Assembly (NCBI GenBank): GCA_003971905.1
Contig: RSEE01000071.1
Coordinates: 248,001-312,000, forward strand
Length of the DNA stretch: 64,000 bases
Source: Moniliella sp. 'wahieum'
Taxonomy: Eukaryota
Reading direction: 5' to 3'
Position numbers and translations under genes: made by a program. The notes under the pieces were generated by a model. That model was not told where the DNA came from. It ran no database searches and saw nothing but the letters and a program-made list of their open reading frames with translations. Positions 1-12,932 of the stretch are shown one piece after another (within the stretch, counting starts at the first letter, position 1; every line of letters begins with the position of its first letter).

Positions 1-374
1 GAAGTGAATCAGTATATCCATAAGTGGGAAATCTTATAGGGGGCTCCCGGAATTGTAGAGAGACGCAGCAGGGTGAAAGAGGGGATCAAATTGTTATACG
101 GGGCGCTGTGGTATTCGCCGGACGCTGATGCCCGCATGGCGTAGACATCTCAGGATCTCGGATCTCATACAAACACGCGCCAGTCCTGTTAGACTAGGGA
201 GAGGGAGGCAGGCACATGCGCTCACGCTTAGTGCAGAGTCAATGTACTTCTCTGTGCTCTCTGCTCCTTCGCACTGAGGGAGCCACTGGCGCTCACGCTT
301 AGTTATAGTCACCGTCCTTTTCTGCTCTCTGGTGCTTCGCACTGAGAGAGGCACTTGTCCTGACGCTTAGTTAG

Positions 375-1340
375 TCACTGTACTGCCGCGCTGGTCTGCT
401 CTGTGGTGTTCCGCCTGTCTTCCCTCTGGTGCCTGTCTTCCCTCTGGTGCCTGCCTCTAGCCCAACCTGCCTCCCCTCTGGTGCCTCCCTCAGAGAGAGA
501 ACTCGAACAACGCATGCCAGGCGTCTCGTTACGAGCGTCATCCATCCCAGTCCCGCACTTGGTGCTAGCCCCTTTGAGCGCGCCACCTCCCCCCGTGGGG
601 TAAGTGATGGATCTGTCCCGTCTCCCCATTGCATGCTTACCGCTGCCAGCGTGCCAAATTCGTGCGAGACCGAATGAGGGACGGTTGAGATATGGGCCTG
701 TTGGTAGTACTAGCGGCATACACGACTCTCTCGATTCAGCTTGCCCCGATTTGGGCATTTGCTGCTCAGGGGCACGCCTCAAACGAGCATCGCACTGTAG
801 CTTACTCACTCTCCGTCCATCAGAGCGTTCCTGCACCGACACCATCTGCATCTGGGCACAAGCTCAAGTGATGGTGCATGCAGGTTCAAATACGGATAGA
901 CCGGTGTGGATGGCGCTCACAAGCCACCAATTGTCCTCCGATCTAAGAACTGGTAGCAGTGCATCATGCCCAGCATGCTTGCCTTCCAGGGGAGGTAACG
1001 CACTCCCCGATTGGACCAGGATTGAGGTCAGAACACGTCCATACATCTGACAGAAGGTCCAAACCGCAGATGACCTATGTTGATGGCACCAGTGCTGCAC
1101 CAATTCTTCTCGTCAAACAATAGATTGGATATATTCACATCGTGCACAAGAAGCAGCCCTTCAATTGGAGGTAAACGCCAAGCGAGACGGCAATCAAGAA
1201 CTGGGGGTCAATAGACGACAGGGATTGATTGCTGGCGAGCGAGGGTAGAGAGTAGCGGAGAGGAAGGAGGAGGAGGGAGTGGAAGAGAGGGAAGACTAAG
1301 CGCTCGTCCATCTAATCTCTCACCGATGGAGACGGCGCAT
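375..1340 (-). pseudogene. Degraded or error-rich unidentified gene, divergent from the 1668 gene
   Basis: Minus-strand ATG at 1340 in a CAGCC-ATG context, followed by a GTGAGA...TTGAC...CAG intron-like segment and broken ORFs (864-1103, 375-851). No family recognised. Confidence 0.2.
414..490. repeat. 18-bp tandem repeat CCTGTCTTCCCTCTGGTG (2 copies plus degenerate copies)
   Basis: Seen directly; reads as REDRHQ repeats on the minus strand. Confidence 0.7.
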
Positions 1341-1667
1341 GGCTGACGGGCGGGGGGGTGCTCTCGACGTTTCCCCCGCCGCTAAGGCCGCTGGGACACT
1401 GGCGCCGTGCGGTGGGCGGGGGGCTGGGGCGGGCGGGCGGGAAAGACGGGCGATCGGGCTCATAATCCAGCGTCCACACCACGCAGCTAGGGTTGGGTCG
1501 CAGCGTGTTTTAGATCGCAGATCTCCGATCGCAGATCGCTCATTTAAAATTTAAATTGCACGCGTGCGCCTCACGCCACCCACGCACTGCGCCGCTCTCC
1601 GCCCCCCCCTTTCTCTCCCGCGTTGTTGGGCTGCGACCTGCGTCTGCCCCTCCACCGCCTGCCCCCC

Positions 1668-3156
1668 ATGTTCACCCCCCCCCGCACCCCGCCCCCTCCG
1701 CCCTCCACCAGCTCCCTCACGGCAGCGGCAGCCTCGGCGTCGCCACCAGCCCCTCCAGCAGCAGCCGCAGCCGCAGCCTCAGCCAGTCCCTCCTCCCCGC
1801 GCCCTCATCCTCCCAGACACCGGCGCCGGCGTAGCCCTTGTCGGCCAGACGCTCGATGCCGTCGTACTCCAGTTCCATGTCCCCCTTGCCCGTCCCCTGT
1901 CCGAAACGGTGTTCGTCGTATGTGGGCCTACTTGGGTCTCCGCCACGCCCAGCTCCGGGGGGCCCTCCCTTCGCTTCCACCTCGCCGGCACTGTCGATCC
2001 CTCCGCCTCGGCCGTCTGGGTCTCCCATCGCCGGCACAGGCCGCGCGGACGAAGCACCAGCTCAGGGAGTGCCAGTGCCAGGCCAGTGTCAGTACCAGCG
2101 CGCGCGGGAGCAGCCCGCGCGAGGCGGCGAGTCAAGTGTCCGAAGGTAGTTACGATTTTATCCCTTCCACCCACCCTCGCGGCAACCAAGCCCGCGTCGA
2201 AGTCTGTCTCTCCAAGTGCATGCGAGACCTCTGGCCCATGCCCATCACTGGCCCGCCCCCCTACGGCCCCACCCGTCTCCCACCCACCGATGAAGATGGC
2301 ACCCCACTCCGGGTCACCGTCCTTGCCCCGTGGGGCGCCTTGTCTGACAGCGAGGCCGACAGCGACGCTATGGTTCCCGTTAGCTCAGCGCCCATCAGTC
2401 CCATGCACCAATCTCTCCTTGTTTCCCCCGAGCCCCGTGCTTCCCATCGCCCCGGACCGATCGTCACGCTCGGTCCTGACGATCCCAACCAACTTCAACA
2501 AGCCATCGCGAGGCATTTGCTGACCTGCAAGCGATAAGGGATGAGTTTGATCCTTCACACCAGCAGATTCCGCTGAGATCAGCCCAGGCAATCCGTCGTC
2601 GCCGTCGCGGCTCCTCTCGTGCCCCTCGTTTGCGTCCCGTCCCACGCGCGGAGAGGCCGAGGGAGACAGCGGGGATAGCGACGCAGGAGGAAGTCAAGCC
2701 AGCGCTACTATCCTCTCTGTCCATCCGCCGGCTCATGCTTTAGGCCTTGTTTTCCCAGATCCCCTTGCCCTGGCTGAACTTGGAATTCCTGAACTAGAAG
2801 CAGCCGAAGGGGATGTGTCCAGCGGCTCCATTGGATCACCTCGTCGCCGAACTGGGACCCATGGGTCTCCACGGCACCGCCCTTCCCCCCGAGCGGAGAC
2901 GGGTTGTCCCCCCTGGGGTTATCCTGCTTCCACGTCCCCCGCTACCTCGGCCTCGGCTTCGCTCTCGGGTCGGGGCAAGGGCAAGGGCTGCTCGTCCTCC
3001 CATCGCCGGCCGCGTCGGCGGTCAGGACAAGGACGTCGCTCTCACCCTCCCAGCCCGCCCAGCGCAGCCGACCTGAGTGTCAGTCTCGGATTGGGAATGG
3101 GCGTGATTGCTGCGTCGGCAGTGGCGTTTGTATGGTGGCCCGTATCCTCGGCCTGA
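1668..3156 (+). CDS. Uncharacterised protein with an N-terminal CS/HSP20-like motif and a C-terminal transmembrane tail; multiple frameshifts, possibly a pseudogene
   Basis: Fragments across frames: GQTLDAVVLQFHVP...LAGTVDPSASAVW, VCLSK..RDLWPMPITGP, and a terminal hydrophobic helix LGMGVIAASAVAFVWW. Family assignment is from memory of fungal homologues, not from a search. Confidence 0.4.
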
Positions 3157-4944
3157 GTGATTCTCGATGAGCGGATTTCGCTTTCTCTTTTCTCTTCCTT
3201 TTTCTCTTTTCCTTTTTCCTCTCACTGCCGCGCCCGCCTCTCCCCGGCTTCTGCAGTGATGTTTCCTATGACCTGAAGGACCCTGCATACCGACAACCCT
3301 GCCCATACTTCATCCCGGTGCCTCTTCCCGCAAGAGCGTGTTGTACCCTATCATCTCCCCCGCCAACAGCCAACTTTGTGTATATACATTGCCTGTTTGG
3401 TACGTATCACGATCACGTTGATGTGTAACCGCGTATTTTGTTTTTTTGTTTTGTTTTTCGTCTGTGGGGCTTATAAGCTGGGTCAAGGGTCGACCGTGCC
3501 GTTGGTACAGGACCATGGTACTTTTCTGACAGGATATACACCTCAAGTTCAAAGTCACGATCTAGCTATAAATCGCCCACACACACACTGAAGTGGCGTA
3601 CGAAAGCTGTCCACACCGTAAGACCAGTTGGTGGGCCCTCAGGCCCTCCTCAGGGAGTCCGTCCAGAACAGTTTGTGGAGATATTGAGATGATTTCCAGA
3701 TCTGCTCTTGGCTTGGGCGTTGTCGGCAAGCTGCGGTAAATTGTGCTTTAATCTGCATGTCAGTGCCGGGACTTTGGCCGACGTACAACAGCAAGGTATT
3801 ACTATAGAGGACGGTGAGATCTGAGAGGCGCATTGACATATTGATGCGATACTGGTGAAACCACATGTCCATAATGACCAAAATGCCCGACGAGACTTCG
3901 TGCCATTTAATGTCTTTCACCCTTTTTGATGGCAGGAAAAGGCTACGCATATGGGCGTCATGGTGCTCTCTCGCCGCCCCACGGTGTGGCGCATGTGACA
4001 CATGTGTCCGATGATACGAGTTGAACGGGTTTTGACTGTCTTCCCAACCGAACGAAAGATAAGATTCGGGGCGTACACGGCTGCATTCCTCTCGTCTCGA
4101 AGTGTTTGGCGTCTTTAGCGAGCTCAGCCGCTCATGCGCTCATCGTCCAAGAGCCAGCTACAGTAGGCATGTCGCGAGTGTCTACTTCAGCACGTACACC
4201 AGCTCAACGTGCAGATCAAACCATATCAGGCGATCGACTGTCTTCCTGGATACTCTTCCTACGCCTTGCCAGCGCCTGAGCACTGAAGCTTTGGGAGATC
4301 TGAGATCGCAAGGCTGACATAGAAATGCAATCGAGTGGCTGCGGCGCATGCATGATGCAGGGGGCATGACCGCTTGACGCGTGACGCTTGCAGCTTGACG
4401 CGTGATGCAGAACGCACTTGACGTGTGACGCGCTTGATGCATGATGAAATCAGGCGCTATCTGTGCGTATCTGTCGGCTATCTATGCACCGCTATGTGTC
4501 CGCATATGGCCTCCAGCTGCCCAAGGTACGTAATTTCCACAACTCTATCTTCTCGCCGCCCTCCCTCTGGTCTCCGCTTCTTTTGTTCTTTCCCAGCCAC
4601 CTCTTCCATCTACGTTGCACCGTCTCCTGGGTATCGGATCTCTATGCCCTTGTGGGCGCTCGCGTTCCTACTGCCACCTTCCCTTCGCCCGCCTCCACCA
4701 CCACATCCCCCTGCCTCTCTTTTGGCACGTCGCTCCTTTCGGTGCCTAGCTTCTGTTCTCTGTGTGCCTAGAGGTTTACGAGAGGTCCGTTGATTGAGGA
4801 GCTGGTACCAAGATTCTGTTAAAACCCCCTGTTCTTGCACAATCCTTCACGCTCCACTCCACGCCCTCTCATCCCGCCCCTGTGCACATCCCCTTTCACT
4901 CTTCGTTTGATCCCTCCTCGTCGTGCTGTTCGCTAACCCCCAAG

Positions 4945-7369
4945 ATGGTCCGCGCCCCACTGTGTGCGGTTGCGTCTCTATTGGCGCTCTCTGTGCAAGC
5001 TGCTGCCCGATCCGCCACCGTCTTCAAAGCCAGTGTCGACGTCGACGGCCACACATGGCACGTCACCGACCATTATGAGTCGTACAACTCGTCAATGATC
5101 CTTCAGAGCCCATCTGGCACGGTCTACAACCTTACCCGATTCACTGAATCGTACCGCGTGTCCGACGACCCTTGGCTCGGATATGATAATGCGACTGTCT
5201 TCAACGCTGCCCACGACTTGCTCGCCGACAAGCTTCTTGCTAACGGTGACCCCGACACCGTTGCGGTGCGAGACGTGGGCTGGAGCATTGACTCTGTCTT
5301 GACCGGCTTCTACAGCTATTATGGCCGAATTCAGTGGACCTCGTTCCTTGGTACCCCAGCAAGCACAGAGGTCATGTATGTATCCAACCCATTCCTCATC
5401 CAGCATATGCCTATTATGAGTCACTGACCTTGTCCTCTCTCCCAGGCCCATCTCGTACCCTGCATACCCTCGCTCGAACTACTTAGCGGCGATGCTAGTC
5501 TTGGAAAGCCCTGTCAACACAACACTGGATCACCGGGAAGGGTATTTGGGAGGAGCAATTCCTTTTACCCTACAACAGTTCCCTTACATCAGTAAGCCCT
5601 CCGACTATATGGAGCTCTTATCGTTTGCCGATGCCAGCTCCAAGTCACAGCGGTTGTATCCCACCTACCAGCGTCTGCTCAACATCACCAATGGAGATGT
5701 GACTAACGTGACGTACATTGGCCCGTTCAAGCCCTACGGCTCGGCATGGAACAAACCTCCCACGGCCAATGAATTTTACGCCGCTCTCATCCGCACGTTC
5801 AAGGTATGGCACAAGGAGCTGGCTCCGGGCCTCAAGCTCAAAATCCCACAACAAGATCAAGCCGATTTTGCACTGCATGCATTTGCCAAGGAGCTCATGA
5901 CGCGGGGCGAAGGGATCACCCCGCGCTACGGTGCGGTGGACAGGGACTACGATGGGACAGAATACGACGCTTTCCAAGACATCTTTACAGCCTCCCTCAT
6001 TGCCAATCTGGAGTGGGGCCGGTTCAAGATGGCCAAAGCACTGATCGTGGATCAATTTGAGAATGTGGTCGACCCACAGACTGGCATGCCGTTGATGCGT
6101 GGGGCCGAAACAGGACAGTTTGGCCTGGAACTGTACCTGCTCGCGCGGTACGGTAACTTGACGGGGGATTGGCAAACTCTTACCAAGTACAAGTCCATCA
6201 TTGCAGCCAAAGCAGGCATTCTGACCACCTTGCACGATGAGTCGCTGGCCTTACCCAAAAGCAATCCCGGCTACGGCCTCATCCACGGTTGGAGCGAGAG
6301 CGACTCGAACTTGCAAGCTGACCCCAGCATCTGGTGGAAGCCGTATTACAGTAACAGTGGTTTCGCCTTCCGCGGGCTGAGCGCGCTGGCGTCAGTGTGG
6401 ACCAAGATTGACGCATCTGGCGCATCGGTAGCGCAAGACTGGGCGTCACGAGCGAGCAAGTTGCGGTCGCGTGTCAACGATTCGCTAAGCAAGGCAACAT
6501 GGTACCAGTTGAACCCTCCTTATGTTCCGTTGCTCCCCGGTTCCAACGAGACCTGGTGGGAAGCGCTCGAGCGGAACACGGTATCGGAGCAAGGCTGGGG
6601 ACATCGTGTGTATTCAGAATTACTCCAGTCGGGCGTCTTGACCCCCAAGATGGAGAACATGCTGTTGACTTCGCTCCGGTCGTGGTACGGCACGACGGTC
6701 GGGGTGATGAACAACTTTGTACCTCCCACCCCTGAAGATCGGACCCTTCTTGGCTTCATCTCCTATGGTCATGCCCAGGGTCTTCTGCGCCAAAACCGAA
6801 TCGAGGAGTTTCTCCTCTTCCTCTTCTCGCACCGTTGGCACGTTCATACCCGCGGTAGCTGGCTCGCGTCCGAAACAACCGACTTTAGTGGCAGCCTTGA
6901 ACTGTACTGCCTTCCGGCACAGATGACGACACCTACAATTCTGTACGTTCACTCCGCGTTCGCGTGTTGTATATCCGAGCTGACCATCTCTTGTTTTCTC
7001 AGCCGCTGGGCACTGGTGTACGAAGGCGATGATGACGAGGTGTTGCATCTGGGAAAGGCTCTGCCACGCGCCTGGCTGCTAAGCAAAGAGGGTGTCTCGG
7101 TCTCTGACGTTCCCACGCGCTGGGGAAAGACTGGCTTCTCCTACCTGTTTGACCAGGCAACCTCAACTATGGAAGCCAAGATCGCTTTACCCTCCTTCGG
7201 CGCACCCGATCTAACCCAGGCCTACTTCCGTCTTCCTAAGGGCTGGACGGTAGATCTGTCCGCCGCACCTAAGGGTATCAACCTGACTCTCGCCGATGGA
7301 ACTGCCATTGCCCACATCACCGGCTCCAACGACACTGTGTCCTTTAAACTCCCACTCAAAAAGGATTGA
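4945..7369 (+). CDS. Secreted six-hairpin glycosidase-like protein (unclassified glycoside hydrolase-like); introns 5376-5445 and 6943-7002
   Basis: Signal peptide MVRAPLCAVASLLALSVQAAA. Both introns splice in frame. Motifs include RYGAVDRDYDGTEYDAFQD, NLEWGRF, GLIHGWSESD and LHLGKALPRAW...PTRWG, the last typical of (a/a)6 GH C-termini. Confidence 0.7.
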
Positions 7370-8711
7370 ATTCGATGAGCGATGATAAGGAACGCGCTGA
7401 GAGCCATGAGCGCCGCAACTAAGTTCAAAGCTTTTCAGCACTGGGCTCCGATTTCCGAAGACTCTCCTTTTCAGATTTCTCGACTGCGTACCCCCACCTC
7501 TTTCTTTTATTCTCTGTCACAATCTTTTTTTCTCAACGCTTGATATTGTTAACGAATTGTTTGCGCCCTAACTCTCCCCATATATCGTGTTGGACAGATG
7601 TCATAGTATATATAGCCAGCGCTTGAACGTTCAGACGTTCAGGTCGCACTCACCGAGAAGATGCACTATCAGGTGTTCCTGCTGGAACGTGCACTCAATC
7701 GCACAATTTTGCGTAGGACTTAGCTCGTCTTCTCGCGCTAATATATTATTTCCGTCATGCATCTGCAGTGCTCGTTCTCGTCGGTATACATGTGTCCCCT
7801 TCCAAATATGAACACGTTGCCAATCAAACTCGTGGTGTAACCCTTACAAGAGTACCGGTGTTGTAATAAGAGCCATCAACTGTTTTCGTCTCATGTTGCA
7901 TTTATGGCCACTTTAAAGTGCACACACCCGTTATATAATCCAGGGAGAGAGTACTGGCTGAGGCTGATGAGTGCACTGGGTGCTGAGTGATGCTGTGGAG
8001 TTCGCAGAGGTACAAAACTAATACAGACGCTTTCACATTAGTACACTCTCATCCTATGACGTGCACATGCCATTCATGGTAGTTATGTGCTGCGAGCTTT
8101 AAACACTTAGTAGTAGTATATCCTTCCGTCTCGCTCTCTCCCCTCGAAAGCCTCATTATGTGGCAGGCTCACAAATGTGTGAATGCTACTATTGAGTCCT
8201 TATAACAGAAGGCTGTATATTATACAGAATTGCTCTCCAATTTGAATGACTACACTCATTTCATCTGCCGTGAAAGGTTTCAACGCAATCCGCTTCTTTA
8301 GTCGTCTAGTCACTTCTCTCACCTGATCGCGGCAAGAAAACTCGAGAAGGGGTCCGCCGGATGGACGTGTGTATATAGGACATTCACGTATATAATGACC
8401 GCCGTAAGAAGTTCCTGTTGCCTCTCCCGCAACCTTCTCCTCAACATATAGCTTTCGGTGAGTGTGGTTCTGGCCTCCAAATCATCCCACGGTATAGTCG
8501 CTGAGGCTGATGTCCGTTTTCTCTCATTGAACACCTAAGTCAAACCATGATCACGACCTCAAGCACCTATACGACAAAACCCCTGATCAAACAGGTAACG
8601 CCTTGGGAATCGTCCCCCCCCAAGAACGGGTACGTTAATGTCGCAGGGAAACTAAACCTGTCGGTACGTTGTCTTTTAACTATACAACCTAAATGACGGG
8701 GAGAGTGTCAT

Positions 8712-10184
8712 TTGCATCACTATCTGACAGGGATTCATGCCCAGACGACCGACGAAGCGATGGTCATTCTCATGTACCTCAATTGGGAAAGCGAAAAAAT
8801 TTCGGAACTGGAAACCCTGTGTGCCGCCCGCATGGGAGAGTTGAAGCAAAAGGCAGGGCTGACGGATTGTCAGCCACCGCCGTTGATCGAAAGAGGAGAT
8901 CGAGTCCGAACTCACACGAGGAGTGAATGTCGTATTTGCTGGTGCCCCTTTGTTTCCACGAATGGTGCCTTCGCTATGAAATGTGGTCATCAATACTGCA
9001 TCGAATGCTACTCTCGTTTCATCCGTTCCAAAGTGGACAATGGTCACACGGGACAGATTCACTGTATTGAACCATCGTGTACACTTGTGCTTGATGCCCA
9101 AACTATCAAAGAAGTGGCCGGGAGCCAAACGTACCAAAAGCTTTTGGCCAACATTGATCGCCAGCTAGTAAACAAGGGAACTCATCTGCGCTGGTGTCCA
9201 CACCCTGATTGTGGCTTAGTAGTTGAGTATAACGGAGCCGGACCGATCCCGACAAGTTATTCAGTTCCAGGGCGGTGCAAGAAGGGACACGACCCTTTCT
9301 GTTTTGGCTGCGGCAAAGATGCTCACGGATGGATCTCTTGCAACGACATGGAAAGAGCAAATGAAATGATCACCAAGGAACGCGGCGAATCAGAGAACCG
9401 CTCCCTTGAGTGGATCAAGAAAAATGCCAAACGCTGTCCCACGCCTGGGTGCGGGATCCCGATTGAAAGGATTGATGGATGCGACTACATGGTGTCAACA
9501 ATGCCGCCAACCCTTTTGCTGGAAGTGCTTGTCTTACATGTCCCAACATGTGGGGACCCACTCCAATTGTTCCTATTCTTACAGGAAGGATGAGTCGACG
9601 GATCATACCGTCTCTACTGCCACACTGAAGGCAAGGGCGTTGATTGATACGATCGTTCAGCAAGAGGCAGTTACATGGAACAGGTAAAATTGATTGAGGC
9701 GCTACAAGGCTACGAAGAACCTTCGACGTCTCTCTGGAAATCGGCGTGGACAGTTCTCTTAATGGATTTGAGAATAAGCCTGCGCGACTGTCATCTACAG
9801 GTCAAATGGTCGTGTATTTCATCCTTGGTGGGGCAACACAACGACCCCCGCATTCTGGTTGAACGCAGGGACTCGTTGGTATCCCAGCTGCACTCTGTTT
9901 TACGCACGTTGCGCTCTCTGAATGATGAGCAAATGAAGCGCCCGCCAGGACGATCGGCGTTTGCAGGAGCAAACAACTTAGTAGGTTTGCGTGCTTACTA
10001 TTACAACGATGGAGCGGGAAGTCAAGGCCGATATGGCCAGATGAGCAGACGATCCAGTGTGTCGCCCTGCCCTAAATTGACAGATGGTCTGGCTCTGTTG
10101 AAGCATTTGCAGCGGTCATTCCTGGCCCAATTGGTCGCGTCCAACATTGTGAGTACTATTGAAGGTACGGCTACCGGGTTCTAA
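8712..10184 (+). CDS. RBR (RING1-IBR-RING2) E3 ubiquitin ligase, Ariadne-like; true start probably upstream; frameshifts near 9492 and 9680
   Basis: RING1 CRICW...CGHQYCIEC...CIEPSC; IBR WCPHPDC...CKKGH..FCFGC...H...SC; RING2 KRCPTPGCGIPIERIDGCDYM/CQQCRQPFCWKCL. Confidence 0.85.
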
Positions 10185-10945
10185 AAAACAACACCAACTG
10201 CTGTGGCAGTGTACCCCCCCGTGTATATATTTCGTTGATGATTTTGTGATGCATATGAGGCACCCTGTTGTCTGGCAGGCCCGACTGGCAAATGGAATCA
10301 TCTCAGATCTCACCACACTTCCTAGACATGGGTGGGTATAGCAGCGTTTGTATTGCCAATGCACTGCGCTTCTTCTGGCTGCCGGTGTGCATGGGGAGAA
10401 AGGCAGTCTGATGGTCAAAGCAGCACCGCCCTCTCTTCTTCACTCTACATCGGTTACCGATTGTCGACTGTCGATTGCCGATTGCGATTATCGATTATCA
10501 ATTATCACCGGTCACCAGTCACCGGTCACCGGCCACCGGCGGCAAGCGGATCAACATGTCTCGGGCGCTACCGGAAGCGACGGGACGAACTGGGCCGGCG
10601 GGCCGGTGCAGGACACTGGCGCCGTGCCTGCTGGCTGTGCTGATGCGTGCGGGTGCGGCGGGCATGGCGCCAGTGAACGCACAGGCCCGCTGCTGCCGTT
10701 GCACCTCGGATGCAGAACACTGGCGCCGTGCCTTCCCCGCACCGCTGCCCCGCCATCGCCGCTGCCTGGCGCTGCGGGCCGCCGCTAGAATGTGCGCTCT
10801 GAGCAGCGGCGCAGCGCAAGCAGCGGCCGCCGGCAGCCGCTAGCCGACCCCGGCCGCCCTCTCCCCAGCCTCACACCCGCTCTCCCTCCCTCCCCACCAC
10901 CATCCCCACCCTCTCTTCCCGCCCCAGCCCTTGCCCCGTCCCGCC

Positions 10946-12048
10946 ATGACCGCCGACTACTTCCCCCCCGAGACGGACATCATCACCCTCACCCGCTGGG
11001 TGCTGCAATCCGAGATCGAGGCACGCAAGACGCACGAACACGTCTCGGGCGACCTCACCATCCTGCTCACGGCGCTCCAGACGACGTGCAAGTTCATCGA
11101 GTCCAATGTGCGCAAGGCACGTCTGATTAACCTCGTCGGTCTCGCGGGCGCGGAGAACGTGCAGGGGGAAGACCAGAAGAAGCTCGATGTGCTCAGCAAC
11201 GAGATCATGGTCAACGCCCTCCGTGCTAGCGGCAAGACTGCGGTGCTCGTGTCGGAGGAGGTGGACAACGCTATCTTTGTCAAGGATTCGCCCAAGGCCA
11301 CTGTAGGTCGCTACTGTGTCGTCTTTGACCCCCTCGACGGCAGCTCGAACATCGATGCTGGTGTCAACATTGGTACTATCTTTGGCATCTACGCTGTCAA
11401 GCCCGGAAGCAGCGGCACACTCGAGGATGTCCTCCGCCCCGGGAACGAGATGGTGGCAGCGGGGACTGTATGTACGGCTCCTCAGCCAACTTGGTCCTCA
11501 CCACTGGTCATGGGGTCAACGGGTTTACTCTCGACAATGCTCTGGGTGAGTTCATCCTTACCCACCCAAACATTCAGATTCCTTCCCGCGGCAAGATCTA
11601 CTCCATCAACGAGGGCAACGCAGTGTACTATGATCAGCCCACCCTCAAGTACCTCGAGCACGTCAAGTTCCCCAAGGATGGCCGCAAGCCCTACTCGGCT
11701 CGCTACATCGGCTCCATGGTTGCCGATGTGCATCGCACCTTGTTGTATGGGGGCATCTTTGGCTACCCAGCTGACAGCAAGAGCAAGACGGGCAAGCTGC
11801 GTATCCTCTATGAGGCTTTCCCCATGTCGTTCCTGGTTGAGCAGGTGCGTCTCTTCCTCTTTACTTTTGTGTGTACTACACTAACATTTCCTTCCTTCCA
11901 GGCGGGCGGCAAAGCCACAACGGGCACCAAGAGGGTATTGGACATCCTGCCTGACGGAATCCACTCGCGCACAGGCATCTTCCTTGGTTCCAAGGAGATG
12001 TGGAGGAGCTGTTCGTACAAACTCCTATTGATGTTGGACGGGACCTGA
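10946..12048 (+). CDS. FBP1: Fructose-1,6-bisphosphatase; intron 11845-11901; frameshifts near 11465 and 11998
   Basis: NVQGEDQKKLDV, FDPLDGSSNID, YSINEGN, ARYIGSMVADVHRTLLYGG, GKLRILYE. Confidence 0.97.
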
Positions 12049-12932
12049 CCTCTTCTCCAGTGAATCCTTCTACAAGGCGTAACCACTCTCTGCTTTTGGA
12101 TTGCCATAGCGCCTTCGCAAGGTGCGTTGGGATCATATTGGCACATGGCGTGCCACCTCATGGCACATGCAATGGATGGATAGTTCACAGTGATGTTCAC
12201 CCGGGTTCACGCACCTGTTTCACAGCAAATGGGGTAGGAAACGGGAGGTTTTGATGAAAAGAGAAGAACTGCGTTACGTGTTACTACAGCCGCTGTCGTG
12301 TGGACAACAGTGTGTTGTCCTATATAGAGGCAGGCATTACTCAAGCGGAAACGTGCCATCACCAGAATTATTTATTGTGTTGCCCTTTTAGCTCCAAGAG
12401 CTCCAGGTAGGGTCGCTCACTGAGACTGAGCGTACAGCTTGCACTCAGGCGGAGGCGCTGAAGGGCTCAGGCTGAGCTCTGAGCCGCTGAGGGACGACCA
12501 TTGGTAGATGATGATGAGATCATCGATCATTGATCAACACGGACTGCCGATGATCGTGAATACGCATTGGACGAGGGGGGTAAGGTAGGGCTATATTCTG
12601 TAACAACGGTATATCCTAACCCCTCTTCAAGAAGCGTGATTGCCAGCCCAAGCTAGCTTGAAGTAGTCTGTATTATCGGGCCTCAAGCTCTCAGGCTCTC
12701 AGGGTTCAAGCTACGTTCAAGCTTCAAAACTTCGGGTTGTGAGAGTGTGGCGCATGCGTATATGGCGCTGTTTGGCACACTAACAACAAACAAACATTCT
12801 GGCTGACCTCAGGCTTCACACACAAGGGACCGATTGCCCCTAGTATCTAAACCGCCAGTATTTGTGGCCAAAATAACATACTTGACCTTGCTCAAGCTGT
12901 TGGAGCAGTTAAGTACATTCAGTATTTCGCCC

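Noticed and set aside
3300..4400. Short ORFs such as 3639-4001(-) as genes
   Set aside because: No recognisable motifs, codon bias or consistent splice structure.
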